A stretch of DNA of 63,825 nucleotides, counting the filler, from Aduncisulcus paluster (Eukaryota): the NCBI GenBank assembly GCA_024181965.1. It is 5 parts of 5 records of this genome, joined end to end, with 100 filler letters (N's around TTAATTAATTAA, not from the genome) between each part and the next. Parts side by side here need not be neighbours in the genome. Positions count along the whole stretch, not along the records: positions 1 to 19,318 come from BQXS01010979.1; 4 more parts are not named here. The stretch is one strand, 5' to 3'. Each line of letters opens with the position of its first letter. The stretch's first letter is position 1. The notes beneath the pieces were generated by a model. That model was not told the origin of the DNA and searched no databases. It saw nothing but the letters and a program-made list of their open reading frames with translations. Position numbers and translations under genes: made by a program. Below are positions 1 to 12,056 of the stretch, one piece after another.

Positions 1-1560
1 GTGTCATCTTGTAGAATCACAATACTTTTTGCTCCCAAGGAGGAGGATTCATGAACAATCACGGGATTTCCTTGTTCAAGAGCAGTTTCAGAAGGATGTG
101 AAGACTCCAAAATATTTGTTGGTCTTTGTTTCGAAGAAGAAGTCGTAGAAAAAGAACCAGATCTCCTATCAATTTCTTCCGGGATAATTTTATGTTGTTC
201 AAGCACTGATCCTTCGGTTTCGGTTGAAATACTATGGGTCCGAGTGGAGGTTGTTTCTTCAGCTTGTAATGATAATGGTAACTCTTTGAAGGATAGTAGA
301 CTGAAGAATTATTTCCTTCTCCACCTTTCTTTCTTTCTTCTTTTGCCGTTCACTTTCTTTTGATTTCTTGCGTTTCAGGGAAAAGAATGTTTTAATCCCG
401 CTTTCTTTTCCTTTCTTCTTCTTCTTCTTCTTTTCTCCTTTCTCTCTTGCAGACTTACTGTTAACAGTAATCAGCAACAATGCATTTTGTCGTAATTACT
501 ATCAATAGAATTGAATATCTGTCAAAATACTAATGTCCATTGATTATTTATGGGTTTTATCACCATTTAAAGCTCTATTAAGAATAGGCCATAAAAGCCC
601 GGGATCCCACAACAAAGAACCATCCAATTGTTTTTGCATTACTATTGTTTTTATGCAAGTGGCGGCAGTTTGTGCAATTTTGAGACAGTCTTTGTTAGTT
701 TTGTACCGGACAATGCAAGAAAGCAGCGAAGATACGATAACGGGTATTCTTGATCGTGTTTTTTGATCCTCTTCAGACTGAATTAATCTTTGGACAACAT
801 CTGGAAGGTCTCCCATGACCTTTGTCACTGACAACATCTTTTTGAGAAGGTCTAATTTTAGAATTGAGGCAAAACAAAGGAAAGATTACGAATCAAGAAT
901 CATCATCCAAGAATAAGATGATGTGACACACAGATTGGGGAATAACATTGATGTTATTGATGTGTTATTCGAGATTCAAATGAGTTAAGCGAGGGACAGT
1001 TGTCATTTTCTCAATTATTTTCAGAGACAATGGGTGGAAACCAGGAGCAACAAACAGAACCAGAAAGTTGAGTGTTTTTAGTTTGTAGCAGCATTTTAAG
1101 GAGTAGTATAGCAAATATCAAACGTTTAAGTTCAGTTTTATGACAATAAAAAAGAACAATAAGGTATCAAAAGGTTCGAGAATCAAACATATACCATTGA
1201 CACACAATAACAAGCAGTAGAGATAATAATGGCATGAACTTCGAATTGCAATTAGTTTAAACTAAGTTTTTATCGTGATATCAGGAATATTTGGAAAAAT
1301 ATTCTTAAGAGGTTGTACAAATGAAGAGGTAATGAACGACACAGTATAAAGAGGGGAATCAAATCAATAAAACCATGCCATTTGCTCCATGAGATGTTTT
1401 TGGCATGAAATTAGATCTTTTACCATGTTTTATATTCATATTCTCATTGCTAAAGAACTCACTCCAAGTTGGATAGCTCCAAGAAAACATATAAAACATC
1501 GGAATTCGCTGTTTGGAATATAATATTTCAGTTATCAACAACAGCAACAATTCATTTGAT
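1..1560 (-). pseudogene. Frame-disrupted large helical (HEAT-like) protein gene, running off the window start
   Basis: Protein-like blocks in different minus-strand frames (SNELLLLLITEIL; KTLNFLVLFVAPGF...LE*HINN...LFLDDDS*; SFLCFASILKLDLLKKMLSVTKV...KTHK*; a Lys-rich block; FFSLLSFKELPLSLQAEETT...) are separated by stops and frameshifts. I found no GTATGT-AG introns that repair them. Confidence 0.45.
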
Positions 1561-1820
1561 GATAATTACTTTCAATAAATTTTGTATATTGCAACAAAAT
1601 TAGCTTGACGAATCTGTGATGGATTTTAAGTACATAAAACATTATTATTGATGATATGGAAGATTTTATTTATTAAAAAATAGTAAAATTTGTTTGCAGT
1701 TTTTTGAATTATCATACTATCTATAATTGCCAAGATCCTTCAGATGAAGTCTGTCCTTCAAGGATCTCAAGTTGAGAGGCCTTATTTGGTCATAAGTGAA
1801 GCTTTATTGGTCATAAGTTG

Positions 1821-2550
1821 ATGTCATTTGATGTCATTACGCAGAAGATATTGGGAGAAGAGGCGATTTTTTTTGATCTGCTTGATAAAACAGATAGAAA
1901 ATTTAAAAAATTTATAAAGACTCGTTCTGAGATAAAATCTGCTATTCCAGGTATGTATTTTATTTTTAATGTATAATTTAACATTTATATATGCTTATTT
2001 CTTGTTGTATAATGTTCTTCCGATCAAAGAATTGAGAGAATCATTACTTTTAAAAAAAGATAAATTAACACAAATGCTGTCAGAAGAAGAATCTGATCTC
2101 ATTATTCAAAACAAAAAGGAAATAACGATACTTCAAGCAGAAATTGATTCATTGAAACAGGAAGTATGGGAATTGAAAGAACATAATGCAAAGGATAAAG
2201 ATGCAATTGAGAAATTGCGAAAAACTGAAGAGGAAACAGATAAAGCACACAAACTTGAGATCGAGCAGCTTTCAGCTGAATTAGAAAGGTGTTCTTCTGA
2301 ACGTTGTCTTCAAGTTGATCGCGTTGTTGAAGGTTTGAAATATACTTTTAGATTTGAGGATCAAACACCCTATTTCATACTTGGAACTAATAGAAATTTT
2401 GATAAATCATTCTATTTTGTTGAAGAAACGGATCCTTTGCTTGAAAAAAAATTGGTAGATAAAGCGGTTGAGACGCTCGATGAAACTGGAAAACTTGCTG
2501 CTTTTATTGAAACTATGCGAAGACTTTTCTGGAATAAAATATATCAATAA
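1821..2550 (+). CDS. SPC25: Spc25-like Ndc80 kinetochore complex subunit; exons 1821-1950 and 2030-2550
   Basis: ATG at 1821 and GTATGT...AAAG intron 1951-2029 join in frame (SAIP/ELRE). Long coiled coil followed by an RWD-like tail (LQVDRVVEGLKYTF...YFVEETDP...LAAFIETMRRLF) resembling the Spc25 C-terminus. Confidence 0.65.
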
Positions 2551-2632
2551 TACAAAGTCGCAATGCTAATCTCTTTCCAAATCAGACTCTCAGAGTAGAT
2601 CTAGCTGCAGTAGTAGCGACTTTCTTGCAAGA

Positions 2633-3058
2633 ATGTCCGGATTGGTGTGTCTATTGTGGTTTTTATTAATATTATTATTCATATCCTACTTTGTTTATGA
2701 AGTAAGGTGTATATTTATTTTGGATGACCTAAGAGAGGATAATTACAATTCTGTCGATGCCTGTAGAGACATTAACAAATATTTACTTGCTGAAATTATT
2801 TCATTGTGTTGCGTGACTGTTCTACAATTTATTATTGGAGGATATGTTGGTGGATTCTTAACTTTACTTATTTTAGGATTTTTCTTGTATAGATGGCGTA
2901 CAAAAGGAAATTTACGAGTTGATGCTGAGAATATATTTAGAATCATGGATGATGAACTCAAAGTACATGTTGGAAAAGCTGTAGTTGCTACGTTACTTTT
3001 TATCCATGCTCTGGTTTTGTTTTTGACAAGAATTGTCAGACTTCTTTCAAAACCGTGA
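2633..3058 (+). CDS. CNIH: Cornichon/Erv14 family ER cargo receptor
   Basis: 141 aa, three hydrophobic segments, and the motif LDDLREDNYNSVDACRDINKYLLAE matching cornichon DL..D..N..D.C..LN....PE. Confidence 0.8.
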   Translation: MSGLVCLLWFLLILLFISYFVYEVRCIFILDDLREDNYNSVDACRDINKYLLAEIISLCCVTVLQFIIGGYVGGFLTLLILGFFLYRWRTKGNLRVDAENIFRIMDDELKVHVGKAVVATLLFIHALVLFLTRIVRLLSKP

Positions 3059-3527
3059 TAATTGATATTTTTATTTCGTATTGAAATCGTTATATTCATC
3101 TTTCCCCCCAATTATTTAGCTATATCATCATATCCATCAACCATCTATCCTGTACTATACTATACTGTACCATAGGATAAATATTGCCAGCCAGTGGAAT
3201 TTATTTTGTTAAATTATAGAAATTATTATTTTATTATTAATTATTTGAAAATTGGACCATTAAATCCTTTCTGGTGAGCCATACTTGATCTCATTGACCT
3301 TTTCCACGATGTTATGCTATTGGATTGATTATCTTTGCTCTTTAAGGTATATCATTGGCCACAACGAAAACTTTTTTGTGTCGGACACATGTCTCGCACA
3401 AACATGGTATATTGTTGGGTCTAACCCAAAAAATAAATGGTCATGTCCAACTTGGATACTGTCCAAGTAATTTATTGATATCACGAATGGGTCACAACGA
3501 CACAAGAATAAATTCGAATGAGTAATA

Positions 3528-4223
3528 TCATTTCTTTGAATAATCACGTGCTCCAAAGATAGAAGACCCAACACGGACATAATCAGACCCATGTTGAATA
3601 GCCTCTTTATAATCTCCACTCATTCCCATTGATAACTTAAGAAGCCTAGGATCAAGCTTTAGAGAAGCACATACGGTTTCTTTTGTTTCAACCAGTTTCA
3701 CAAAGCCTTCCTCAGGTTTTAGGGGATGGCCAATCGTCATAAAACCAAAAAGATTAAGTTTTTCGCATGAAAGAATATATTTAGCAATTTCTATGGCTTC
3801 TTCATTCGTTGATACACCACTTTTAGATGTTTCAAGAGAAGTGTTAACCTGAATCATCACATTAATGGGTGATTCACGCTCTTTGGGAATCCTTTTTACG
3901 ATATCAGCTGTTATTTCAACAGAGTCTATTGTATGAATGCAGAAAAGATTGGGGATTTTGATAATTTTGTTGATATTTGATTTTTGGAGGTGACCAATAT
4001 AATGCCATTGAATGTCTGAAGGAAGTTCGGCGGCCTTTCTTTGCAACTCTTGCGCATAATTTTCACCGAAAGCTCTGTGACCCGCAGAATATGCAGCTTC
4101 AATGAGAGAATTGGGCTTGGTTTTGCTTACAGCAATTAACTCACAATGCTTGTCGTATTTCTTATTTTCAATCTCAATAGATTTACATATGTCATGAAGA
4201 TTCTCAATTACAGCAGCTTCCAT
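3528..4223 (-). CDS. PLPBP: Pyridoxal phosphate homeostasis protein (YggS/PROSC)
   Basis: Motifs LIAVSKTKP, FGENYAQEL, WHYIGHLQ, QVNTS...KSG, LSMGMSGDY and VRVGSSIFG; first ATG (MEAAV) at 4223. Confidence 0.93.
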   Translation of the reverse strand: MEAAVIENLHDICKSIEIENKKYDKHCELIAVSKTKPNSLIEAAYSAGHRAFGENYAQELQRKAAELPSDIQWHYIGHLQKSNINKIIKIPNLFCIHTIDSVEITADIVKRIPKERESPINVMIQVNTSLETSKSGVSTNEEAIEIAKYILSCEKLNLFGFMTIGHPLKPEEGFVKLVETKETVCASLKLDPRLLKLSMGMSGDYKEAIQHGSDYVRVGSSIFGARDYSKK

Positions 4224-4537
4224 TTGATATTCTAAGGCAAAACATAGATCTATGAAAAAAAATGATTTTGAATGGCCGTCCCCGCCGGCGGTTACCGGCT
4301 CGAATCTTAAAGGTTCTTCTAATCGGTAAATAAATAAACCATTGTGTTTATTTTCAAGAAGGTAGGTTTGATCTTTGATACTGAAGATCCTCAATCAATT
4401 CCCTAATAGCAGAGACAGTTAGAACGAAAACCACATGTTTTTTTGTTAAACGAACTAACTTTTGTTAGTTTATTCGGTATTTTTTGACAGGGGGTTATTC
4501 AATCACTCAATTCGGTATTTTTTGTTGATAGATAAAA

Positions 4538-4853
4538 ATGCCAAAAGAAATACAAAATCCAGAATTAACCCAGTATGTTATCTACATTTTTATTTTATTC
4601 ATATGTTCTTGATTAATATCTTTTTTCTCTTGTTAGGTTTGTTCGAAAAAGAATCTCTGTCAAAATGAACCAAGGACGTATGGTAATTGGTGTGCTCGAT
4701 AGATTCGATAAATACCTAAATATTGTCCTCACTGAAGCTGAAGAAATAAGAAAACCTGAAAACCCAGGTGATGATCCAATTATCATTTCTATTGATTCAA
4801 TATTCATTCGTGGTCAATCAATCATTACAATAGAACCACTTGATATGCTTTAA
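4538..4853 (+). CDS. SNRPG: Small nuclear ribonucleoprotein SmG; exons 4538-4572 and 4637-4853
   Basis: Removing the GTATGT...TTAG intron 4573-4636 gives MPKEIQNPELTQFVRKRISVKMNQGRMVIGVLDRFDKYLNIVL...IFIRGQSIITIEPL, with Sm1 and Sm2 motifs and an SmG-type N-terminus. Confidence 0.8.
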
Positions 4854-5020
4854 TGAGGATGGTTATGTTTATTTATAGGACGAAACTGGTTCTCATCTTC
4901 CGGTAGTACCACTGGTATCTCAGGGGCAATACCTAGCAGGAGTTTCGTCGTAGACCGGACAAAACTCATGTAAATATTGTAATACCACAGAAAGAATGAA
5001 AATAAAATAATTAGAGATCC

Positions 5021-5065
5021 TTTCTGAGAAGAATTAACAAGAAAAGAAATTAAGGTTTTAGGTGA
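5021..5065. repeat. Copy 1 of a ~45-bp dispersed element (copy 2 at 36960-37001)
   Basis: Shares tgag.agaattaa.aagaaaa..aattaaggttttaggtga with 36960-37001, including an exact 19-mer. Confidence 0.6.
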
Positions 5066-5246
5066 AGAATGCCATAAAATCATGATGGCTCTGCAAGGTG
5101 AATTAAGGTGTATTATAAAGGAATTAATGTAAATAAAGGTTATATATATATTTATGAATATAATCTCATGGTTTTTGTCAATATTAGTATCCGTTATAAT
5201 GGTGTAACAGATCATTCCTGTCTTTTTCCTGATTAATAACATAAAA

Positions 5247-8200
5247 ATGAAGGATTTTGTGTTATTTGAAAAGATCAATCGTGATATTATTGCCCCAGAT
5301 GTATATTTATGTCGAAAACAGCATTTCCTCTCTTTCTACGCATGTAAAGTAATATCAAAGGATTCTTTTGCAAAATATAAAAGAGAAGGGAGGTTTTTAT
5401 ATAATATTGCCAAACATCTTAATTCTAGTTCGACCTTTCACCCTAATATTTTAAAATTTATTAAATGGGCTTCAACTGAAGTATCTGTGTTTATTGTTAC
5501 CGAATATTGTCCTGGAGGCAGTTTACGTTCTGTAATAGAAACTGCAGGATTCTTAGGTGAGACTGGCTTAAAGTATTTAGCCCTTGGCATTGCTCGAGGT
5601 TTGTACTTTCTGCATTCCAAAAGAGTTGCCTTCACTGATCTTTCTCCTGATAATATATTTCTTACATCGAATGGAACTCCTAAATTAGCTGATTTTGGTG
5701 CTGCTTTTTTTGTTCGTGAACCATATACTATGTCACAAAGTTCCATTTCTTTTGGGAGTATGACTCCGAAAGAAATTCGATCCAGTCATTCGAAATCCAG
5801 ACCAACAAGTGCTGCAGACAAAGATTCTTCTGCCGATTCTTACCATACGCATCCCTTGAGCTCTCCCCTTCTTGGATGTGGGTCTCTTGTTATCCCGAGA
5901 GATACATCATTCCCTTCATACAATCCCTTTATTGCCCCTGAGCTTACTTTATGTTCACGTACTCCTTCTGCAACTCAATCTTTCGATAATGTCTCGATTC
6001 CTGGGTTCGCGAGTGATATGTGGAGTTTTGGGGCTCTATTATTGTATTGTAGTGGTTGGGGAGAGGTTATGGATGGATGGGAAAAACCTTCAATGCAGCT
6101 TAAAGGGCAGAAGCAGCGTGGTGAGATAGTGAGTGAAGCCTCAACTCATTCCCGTTTTGAGGTAGGATCTGAGGATGAAATGGAAGAAGAGATGCAAAGA
6201 GAGAGTCATATCGCAGAAGATGAGGAAGGAAGCAGTGTTATGGTTGAACGAATGCAACAATACGAGAAATGGCGTCAGTGGAAACAAAGTGAGTGGGAAC
6301 AAAAGCTCCCCGCTCCCCAACGATCTGATAATGATATATTCCTTCCTTCTTGTCTTCTCTCGCTGCAATCATCCGATTCCTTGAGTAGTTTCTTNNNNNN
6401 NNNNNNNNNNNNNNTTCTGCAACTCAATCTTTCGATAATGTCTCGATTCCTGGGTTCGCGAGTGATATGTGGAGTTTTGGGGCTCTATTATTGTATTGTA
6501 GTGGTTGGGGAGGGGTTATGGATGGATGGGAAAAACCTTCAATGCAGCTTAAAGGGCAGAAGCAGCGTGGTGAGATAGTGAGTGAAGCCTCAACTCATTC
6601 CCGTTTTGAGGTAGGATCTGAGGATGAAATGGAAGAAGAGATGCAAAGAGAGAGTCATATCGCAGAAGATGAGGAAGGAAGCAGTGTTATGGTTGAACGA
6701 ATGCAACAATACGAGAAATGGCGTCAGTGGAAACAAAGTGAGTGGGAACAAAAGCTCCCCGCTCCCCAACGATCTGATAATGATATATTCCTTCCTTCTT
6801 GTCTTCTCTCGCTGCAATCATCCGATTCCTTGAGTAGTTTCTTATTTGATGAGACCGATCCGCTTTTCTCCGTCTCTTCCTCTTCTCCCCCACTTCCATC
6901 TATCCCATTTCGTGGATTGCTCCATTCTCTTCTCTCTCCCACGCCCTCATATCGATGCACATGGTACGATATTGTCCAACTTGCAGACAAATTCCAGGGT
7001 TCTGAGGAAAAGAAAACATCAGAATCTATATCAAAGGAAAGACTTTCCTCAAAGACACCCCATGTATGGGCACATCTTGAGGAAGCAATATCCGACCTTA
7101 CGAGTGGTAAGGATATTCTTCATCAATATGATCGCTTGATGAATGATGATCGAATGAGGGAAAGAATGAAAAAGAGGGAAGAACGAAAATCTTACATTTC
7201 ATGGAAGGCTCAAGAAGAAAAGGAAAGAAAGATTAGGGAACGAATGAAAAGAGAATTCGAAGAGAAAGAAAAAGAAATCGAGGCACAAGAGAAGATATCG
7301 TCCGGACTTGAAAAAGAAGAAGCTGATGCTTCTTTTGGGAGCATTGAGGAACTTGTTGATGATTTCAAAGATATTTCTCGGATTCAACCTAAATCGCCTG
7401 AGATCGAAAAAGAGATAAAAGCGGAAAAAGAGCATGATGCCTTCTTTCCTGAAGAGAAAGATTCATCCGGCTATCTTGCTATTCCAAAGGCTCAGTTCTC
7501 GGTCACGTCGCCATGTATCCTTAATCCCAAAGATCTCTCCTCTTTTCTTCTCCACCTTATGTGTTCCCGCTCTGCTCTATCTTTTTCAGCTTCTCATTCC
7601 TCCTTGTGTCCATCCTTATCTTTTTCAGCCTTTCCACATTTTGATCATGATACAAATCTTGTCGTTGGGAGAATCGGAGTTAAATCTCTGATTAAGTCTA
7701 ATTTTAGAGACGTTGAAAATATTGGAAACTTGGTTAGGAAACGAATTGATGGCGATATGTCCAAAGATTCCAAGAAGAAAAATGTTACACAGTCGGACCG
7801 AGGTTCTCATTTTCAACCGCATAAACCTCTCGATGTGTGTAATATGAGCAAGAAAAGGAGGAGAGAATACTTCCAGGTGCTTATGTGTTTCCTTGGGCAA
7901 CAACAAACCTTGTCTGAATATTCTCAGATTCCTTTTATTCCTTCACGATTATCTTCAACTTTCAAACAATTGGTTGTGAAACATGTTCTCTCTATCGCTT
8001 TTACTGGGAATGCCTCAGTTTGTTTTGACATTGTTTATGTTGGATTACTTGATCTTATTGTGAAATGTGCCCTTCAAAGTAATGTACAAGCAACTGGATT
8101 GGAAACCGAACAGATCCTTAAGATATCAGGGATTCCTTATACACCAAAATATTCTAAAACACCTCCCAAAAGCGATTCATTAAAACGAGGAAATCGTGGA

Positions 8201-11200
8201 ATGCTCAATGCTTGTATATATTGTGTTGGAATCATTGGTTGCATTTCAAAGAAATGTTCTCAGATCCTAAAGGAACAAATTTCTCCAAATTGTCAAACTT
8301 CCAGGACAGTGCAGGATCCTTCCACGCCTCGAGGAGGAAAAAATGAGTATCCTGTTCGATCAACCTCACCATTTACACCCGGAATCGGTAGTCCCTTCAT
8401 TGTTCACACACCGGCTAGTGGTGCTTATCCAACATCGGGACGAACATCTCCCTATTCTGAACAAGCTAGAACCAGGGCTGATTCCCCCATTTTGTCCATT
8501 CATGGAACACCTCGTCCAGTTCCTTCCATTTTTCATTCTCAGACGATGCTAGTATCCAATTTATTTGATCTTCCTTGTGTTATGTCACATATTTTCCTGA
8601 TATCTTCAGCTTTACTTACTCTTTGTGCTTCCACGCCTTCTCTTCTTCCTTCACTCTCGATTTGTGCATGGACTATAGGTGAGTTAGCATCTGCTATTTG
8701 TATTGGTGAAGTTAAAGAAACGAAATTCCACCCTGAATCCGAAACTTTGTGTGGGTTACTCATAATTGATGTCATTGATGAGGTTGAAAGAAGTTGTTCT
8801 TGGAAATCGATGAAGAAAAAGGTGATTCAGACACCACAATCAAAAAAGATCCCAATTATTTCCACTCTCTTGTTATCTCTTGTCACTCGAATGTTCGTTC
8901 AACCTTCTCTTTCTTCGTTTATTTTGGAGGGTATCGTGCGTATTTGTGTTGATGTTGGGGCTGTGTGCACTCTCGAAGGTGGTAATTGGTCATCTGTTGT
9001 GTCAGAAGGAGGAGGAATATTGTCTGATCATGAATCAAAATCATCAAGGGAACTTTCCTCATCGAAAGCATTGACAAATATTGACCATTTATATTCTTCC
9101 ACCTTCTCATTATTAACGGCATATTTATGTCCCTTGGTTTTATCTAATCTGAAGACAGTACTTGCAGAGATGTCAAACACTGCTAAAAAACGAGCTTCTC
9201 AAAATCCTCAAACGAATATTTTACTGTTATCACACACCTGTCTTTGTTTGATTTGCTCTTCTCCTTTCTCCATTCCATTCATTTATTTAGATTTCATCGT
9301 CGAACTATGCATGTCGAAAGAATCTTGCATCAAAGATATTGGATGCTTATCATATTGCTTAAAATTGCTTCTTGTTGCTCCTGAATGCATTGGTCAGCAA
9401 ATAGTTTCGCAATATGAGCCTTTTGTCTCTTCATTATTCTCATCTTCATTACATGGTAAACGTGAAGCCCTCAAACCTTCCCTGGAACAAAGTTCCAAAG
9501 CATTATCATTCTCCCCTGAATCCTTATCTATCCTTGTTCAGTACTGTTCACCACTGATTTCTCTTCTCATGTTTGCTATTGTTATCTCCAAATTCCCTTC
9601 GGTTGCCCCGTCTCTCTTTGTTGCACTCTCTGAAGAATCTTTAACAAAACTTCATTCAATGTTCTCCTTTGAGTACCCAAATGAGTGTCTGACTCATTGT
9701 CAGAAAGGTAAGGATTCTGAAAAGAGGAAGGAAAAGAAGAAACGGGATTCAGGATCTCTATTGTCAGCTCTTTCAACCAGAAATGAAATGGAAAGAAGGA
9801 AGAAACCGAAATTGATTGGCTCATCATCTAAATTTGAACAGAAAGATATTCCTTCAGCTCAATCTATTACCTTTTCTCCATATCTCCTTGCTTCTTTCAT
9901 GTACGCTGCAATCTATTCCACTATTCCTGGCGTTAGCAGTGCCGTGTGGGCGTTGTGTGATTCGATATCATCCATTTTAACCCGCATTATATCACATCCA
10001 TTCTCGTTGCTTCTCTCATCATCATCTGCAGAATCTCCAGCACATACAAATCAACCATCTCCTGAACTTCTTCAACTCTCATTGCTTGCAGCTCATGCAA
10101 TGTTCTCTTCATCAAGTGATCTTACGAGTTTGATTATGTCAAAAGATATGTGCAAAGCAATTTGTGGTGGGGTCGCTAAAATATCTGAAATTCGACAATT
10201 TAGTGATTTTGAAAAGAAACATAAAACTCCCGAAATGAGGAAGACTCGTAAGGAAGCGTTTTCTGTTGAGCAATGTGTTTCTTTAATATTATCAGTGGCC
10301 AAACACACTGCTGGAACTGGATCCGTTGGTATCCTTGGTGAAACTGGTGGAATTTGTGCATGTGCAATCCATTCTATCGGATTAGTTGGGGAAGACCAAA
10401 CAGAACGGGGGATTGATGATAAAGTTCGGCTCTGTGAGATTATAGTGTCGTGTTTACATTCATTATTAACCCAAAAATATAATTATCAGCTCAAACCAGA
10501 TGATATACCTACGTTTAATGAAGATTCTCCTGGTTCTCTTAACAAAGTCTCGACAAACATCCCTGGTGTGTTCATGAAGCATGTATCACAGCGATACTTG
10601 AGCACATTATACATGAAAAAGCATGTGAAGCCTGATGTTAGACATTTCTTTGAATCAATTTTCTCTCCATATATTGTACCGATTCTGTGTGATCACGAGG
10701 CTGTGGCATCGATAGGGGCTTCCATATGTGCGATTGGTCTGAAGATTTTACCTGATATCATTGAAACATTCACTTCCTGTGGTGCCATTACATTCTTTGC
10801 TCATCATGCTTCCAAACAACATCCTTGTACAGCAGCTTCTGTTGAAATTTTACAAGCTGCCGTGGAATGCGGATTGTGTTGGAATGGTGTTTTCCCTGCG
10901 TGGAAAGATGTGACCGGTGTCAGCATAAAGGATGTATTAAAGGGTGTTTGGGAAGTATGTGAGAATATAGGTGGTGCTATATCTGTTAAGGGTCTTTGTA
11001 GAGCGGTTGTAGATGAAACTATAAAATCTCTCGAAGGAAGAAAGCAGAAAACTTACACTGGTGATGAATATGGGGAGAGTACGATGGTTGGCAGTGGCCN
11101 NNNNNNNNNNNNNNNNNNNCATCATGCTTCCAAACAACATCCTTGTACAGCAGCTTCTGTTGAAATTTTACAAGCTGCCATGGAATGCGGATTGTGTTGG

Positions 11201-11842
11201 AATGGTGTTTTCCCTGCGTGGAAAGATGTGACCGGTGTCAGCATAAAGGATGTATTAAAGGGTGTTTGGGAAGTATGTGAGAATATAGGTGGTGCTATAT
11301 CTGTTAAGGGTCTTTGTAGAGCGGTTGTAGATGAAACTATAAAATCTCTCGAAGGAAGAAAGCAGAAAACTTACACTGGTGATGAATATGGGGAGAGTAC
11401 GATGGTTGGCAGTGGCCCAATGAATTTAAGCATGATATCGGTGGCTATTATTGATCCGGAAGAATATGAGGATGAAGAAGACGAAGGATCTGAGGCTGAT
11501 GCTTCTGAACATGTGTCAAAGCGGAAAACAAGTTGTTCATCTCTTCTCAGAGATGCCTTGTTGGAGTGTGTACTTATTCTTGTTAGCATTGCTGCCGATT
11601 ATCGCTCAATAGACGTGTCGGAAATTCTTGATCGAGCTTCATATGCTCTGTCGACAGATCAGTTGCGTAGTTTTGTCAAACAGAAAACTCGCCTTGAGAC
11701 ATGTGTAGAAAGCCTGAAAAAGGGACAAACAGATGAAGTTTGTGGAAAAAATTATACTTCTGTAAAGAGTTTTATCCAAAAAATCATATCTTCACTTGGA
11801 GTTGATGCAAGTTCAATGGGGAACCTTGCACATTTTAGGTGA
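5247..11842 (+). CDS. ULK4: ULK4/RUNKEL-like (pseudo)kinase with long helical C-terminus; ~1940 aa after removing two gap-flank duplications
   Basis: N-terminus MKDFVLFEKI...HPNILKFIKW...EYCPGGSL...FTDLSPDNIFL...KLADFG resembles ULK4. ORFs 5247-6578 and 6467-11842 become one frame when the 449-nt and 318-nt artefactual insertions are removed. Confidence 0.7.
5966..6843. other. Assembly artefact: 5966-6394 duplicated at 6415-6843 around a 20-N gap
   Basis: Direct comparison of the flanks; one A/G difference seen (6064 vs 6513). Confidence 0.92.
10802..11417. other. Assembly artefact: 10802-11099 duplicated at 11120-11417 around a 20-N gap
   Basis: Direct comparison of the flanks; one G/A difference seen (10862 vs 11180, Val vs Met). 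Confidence 0.92.
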
Positions 11843-12056
11843 TCTCACTGTCCTATCTCATAGTATGGTATATTTTTATTTGACATTTCTTTCTTTATAT
11901 CCAATTGTTCATGACAATATAAAAGTATGTTCCCAATACAATGGAATATATATCTGTTTGAACCGTTGATATCATCTGATACATTTAATACTGAGCTTTG
12001 TGCTATTTCACCATAGATTGACAATGTGACAATCATGGAAAGTGATATCGTAGGTT

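Noticed and set aside
544-549. Euplotes-like AAA-TAA +1 frameshifting as a general mechanism
   Set aside because: The +1 frame hits a stop within seven codons, and conserved housekeeping genes show no such shifts.
4855-4960. Hammerhead or HDV ribozyme, or U1/U2 snRNA
   Set aside because: GGACGAAAC, GTAGTA and ATTGCC-like words are present, but the CUGANGA core, HDV P1 pairing and snRNA 5' and Sm-site context are missing.
5966-6843. Real internal tandem duplication or two separate genes at ULK4
   Set aside because: The duplicates exactly flank a 20-N gap, and removing them restores one frame.
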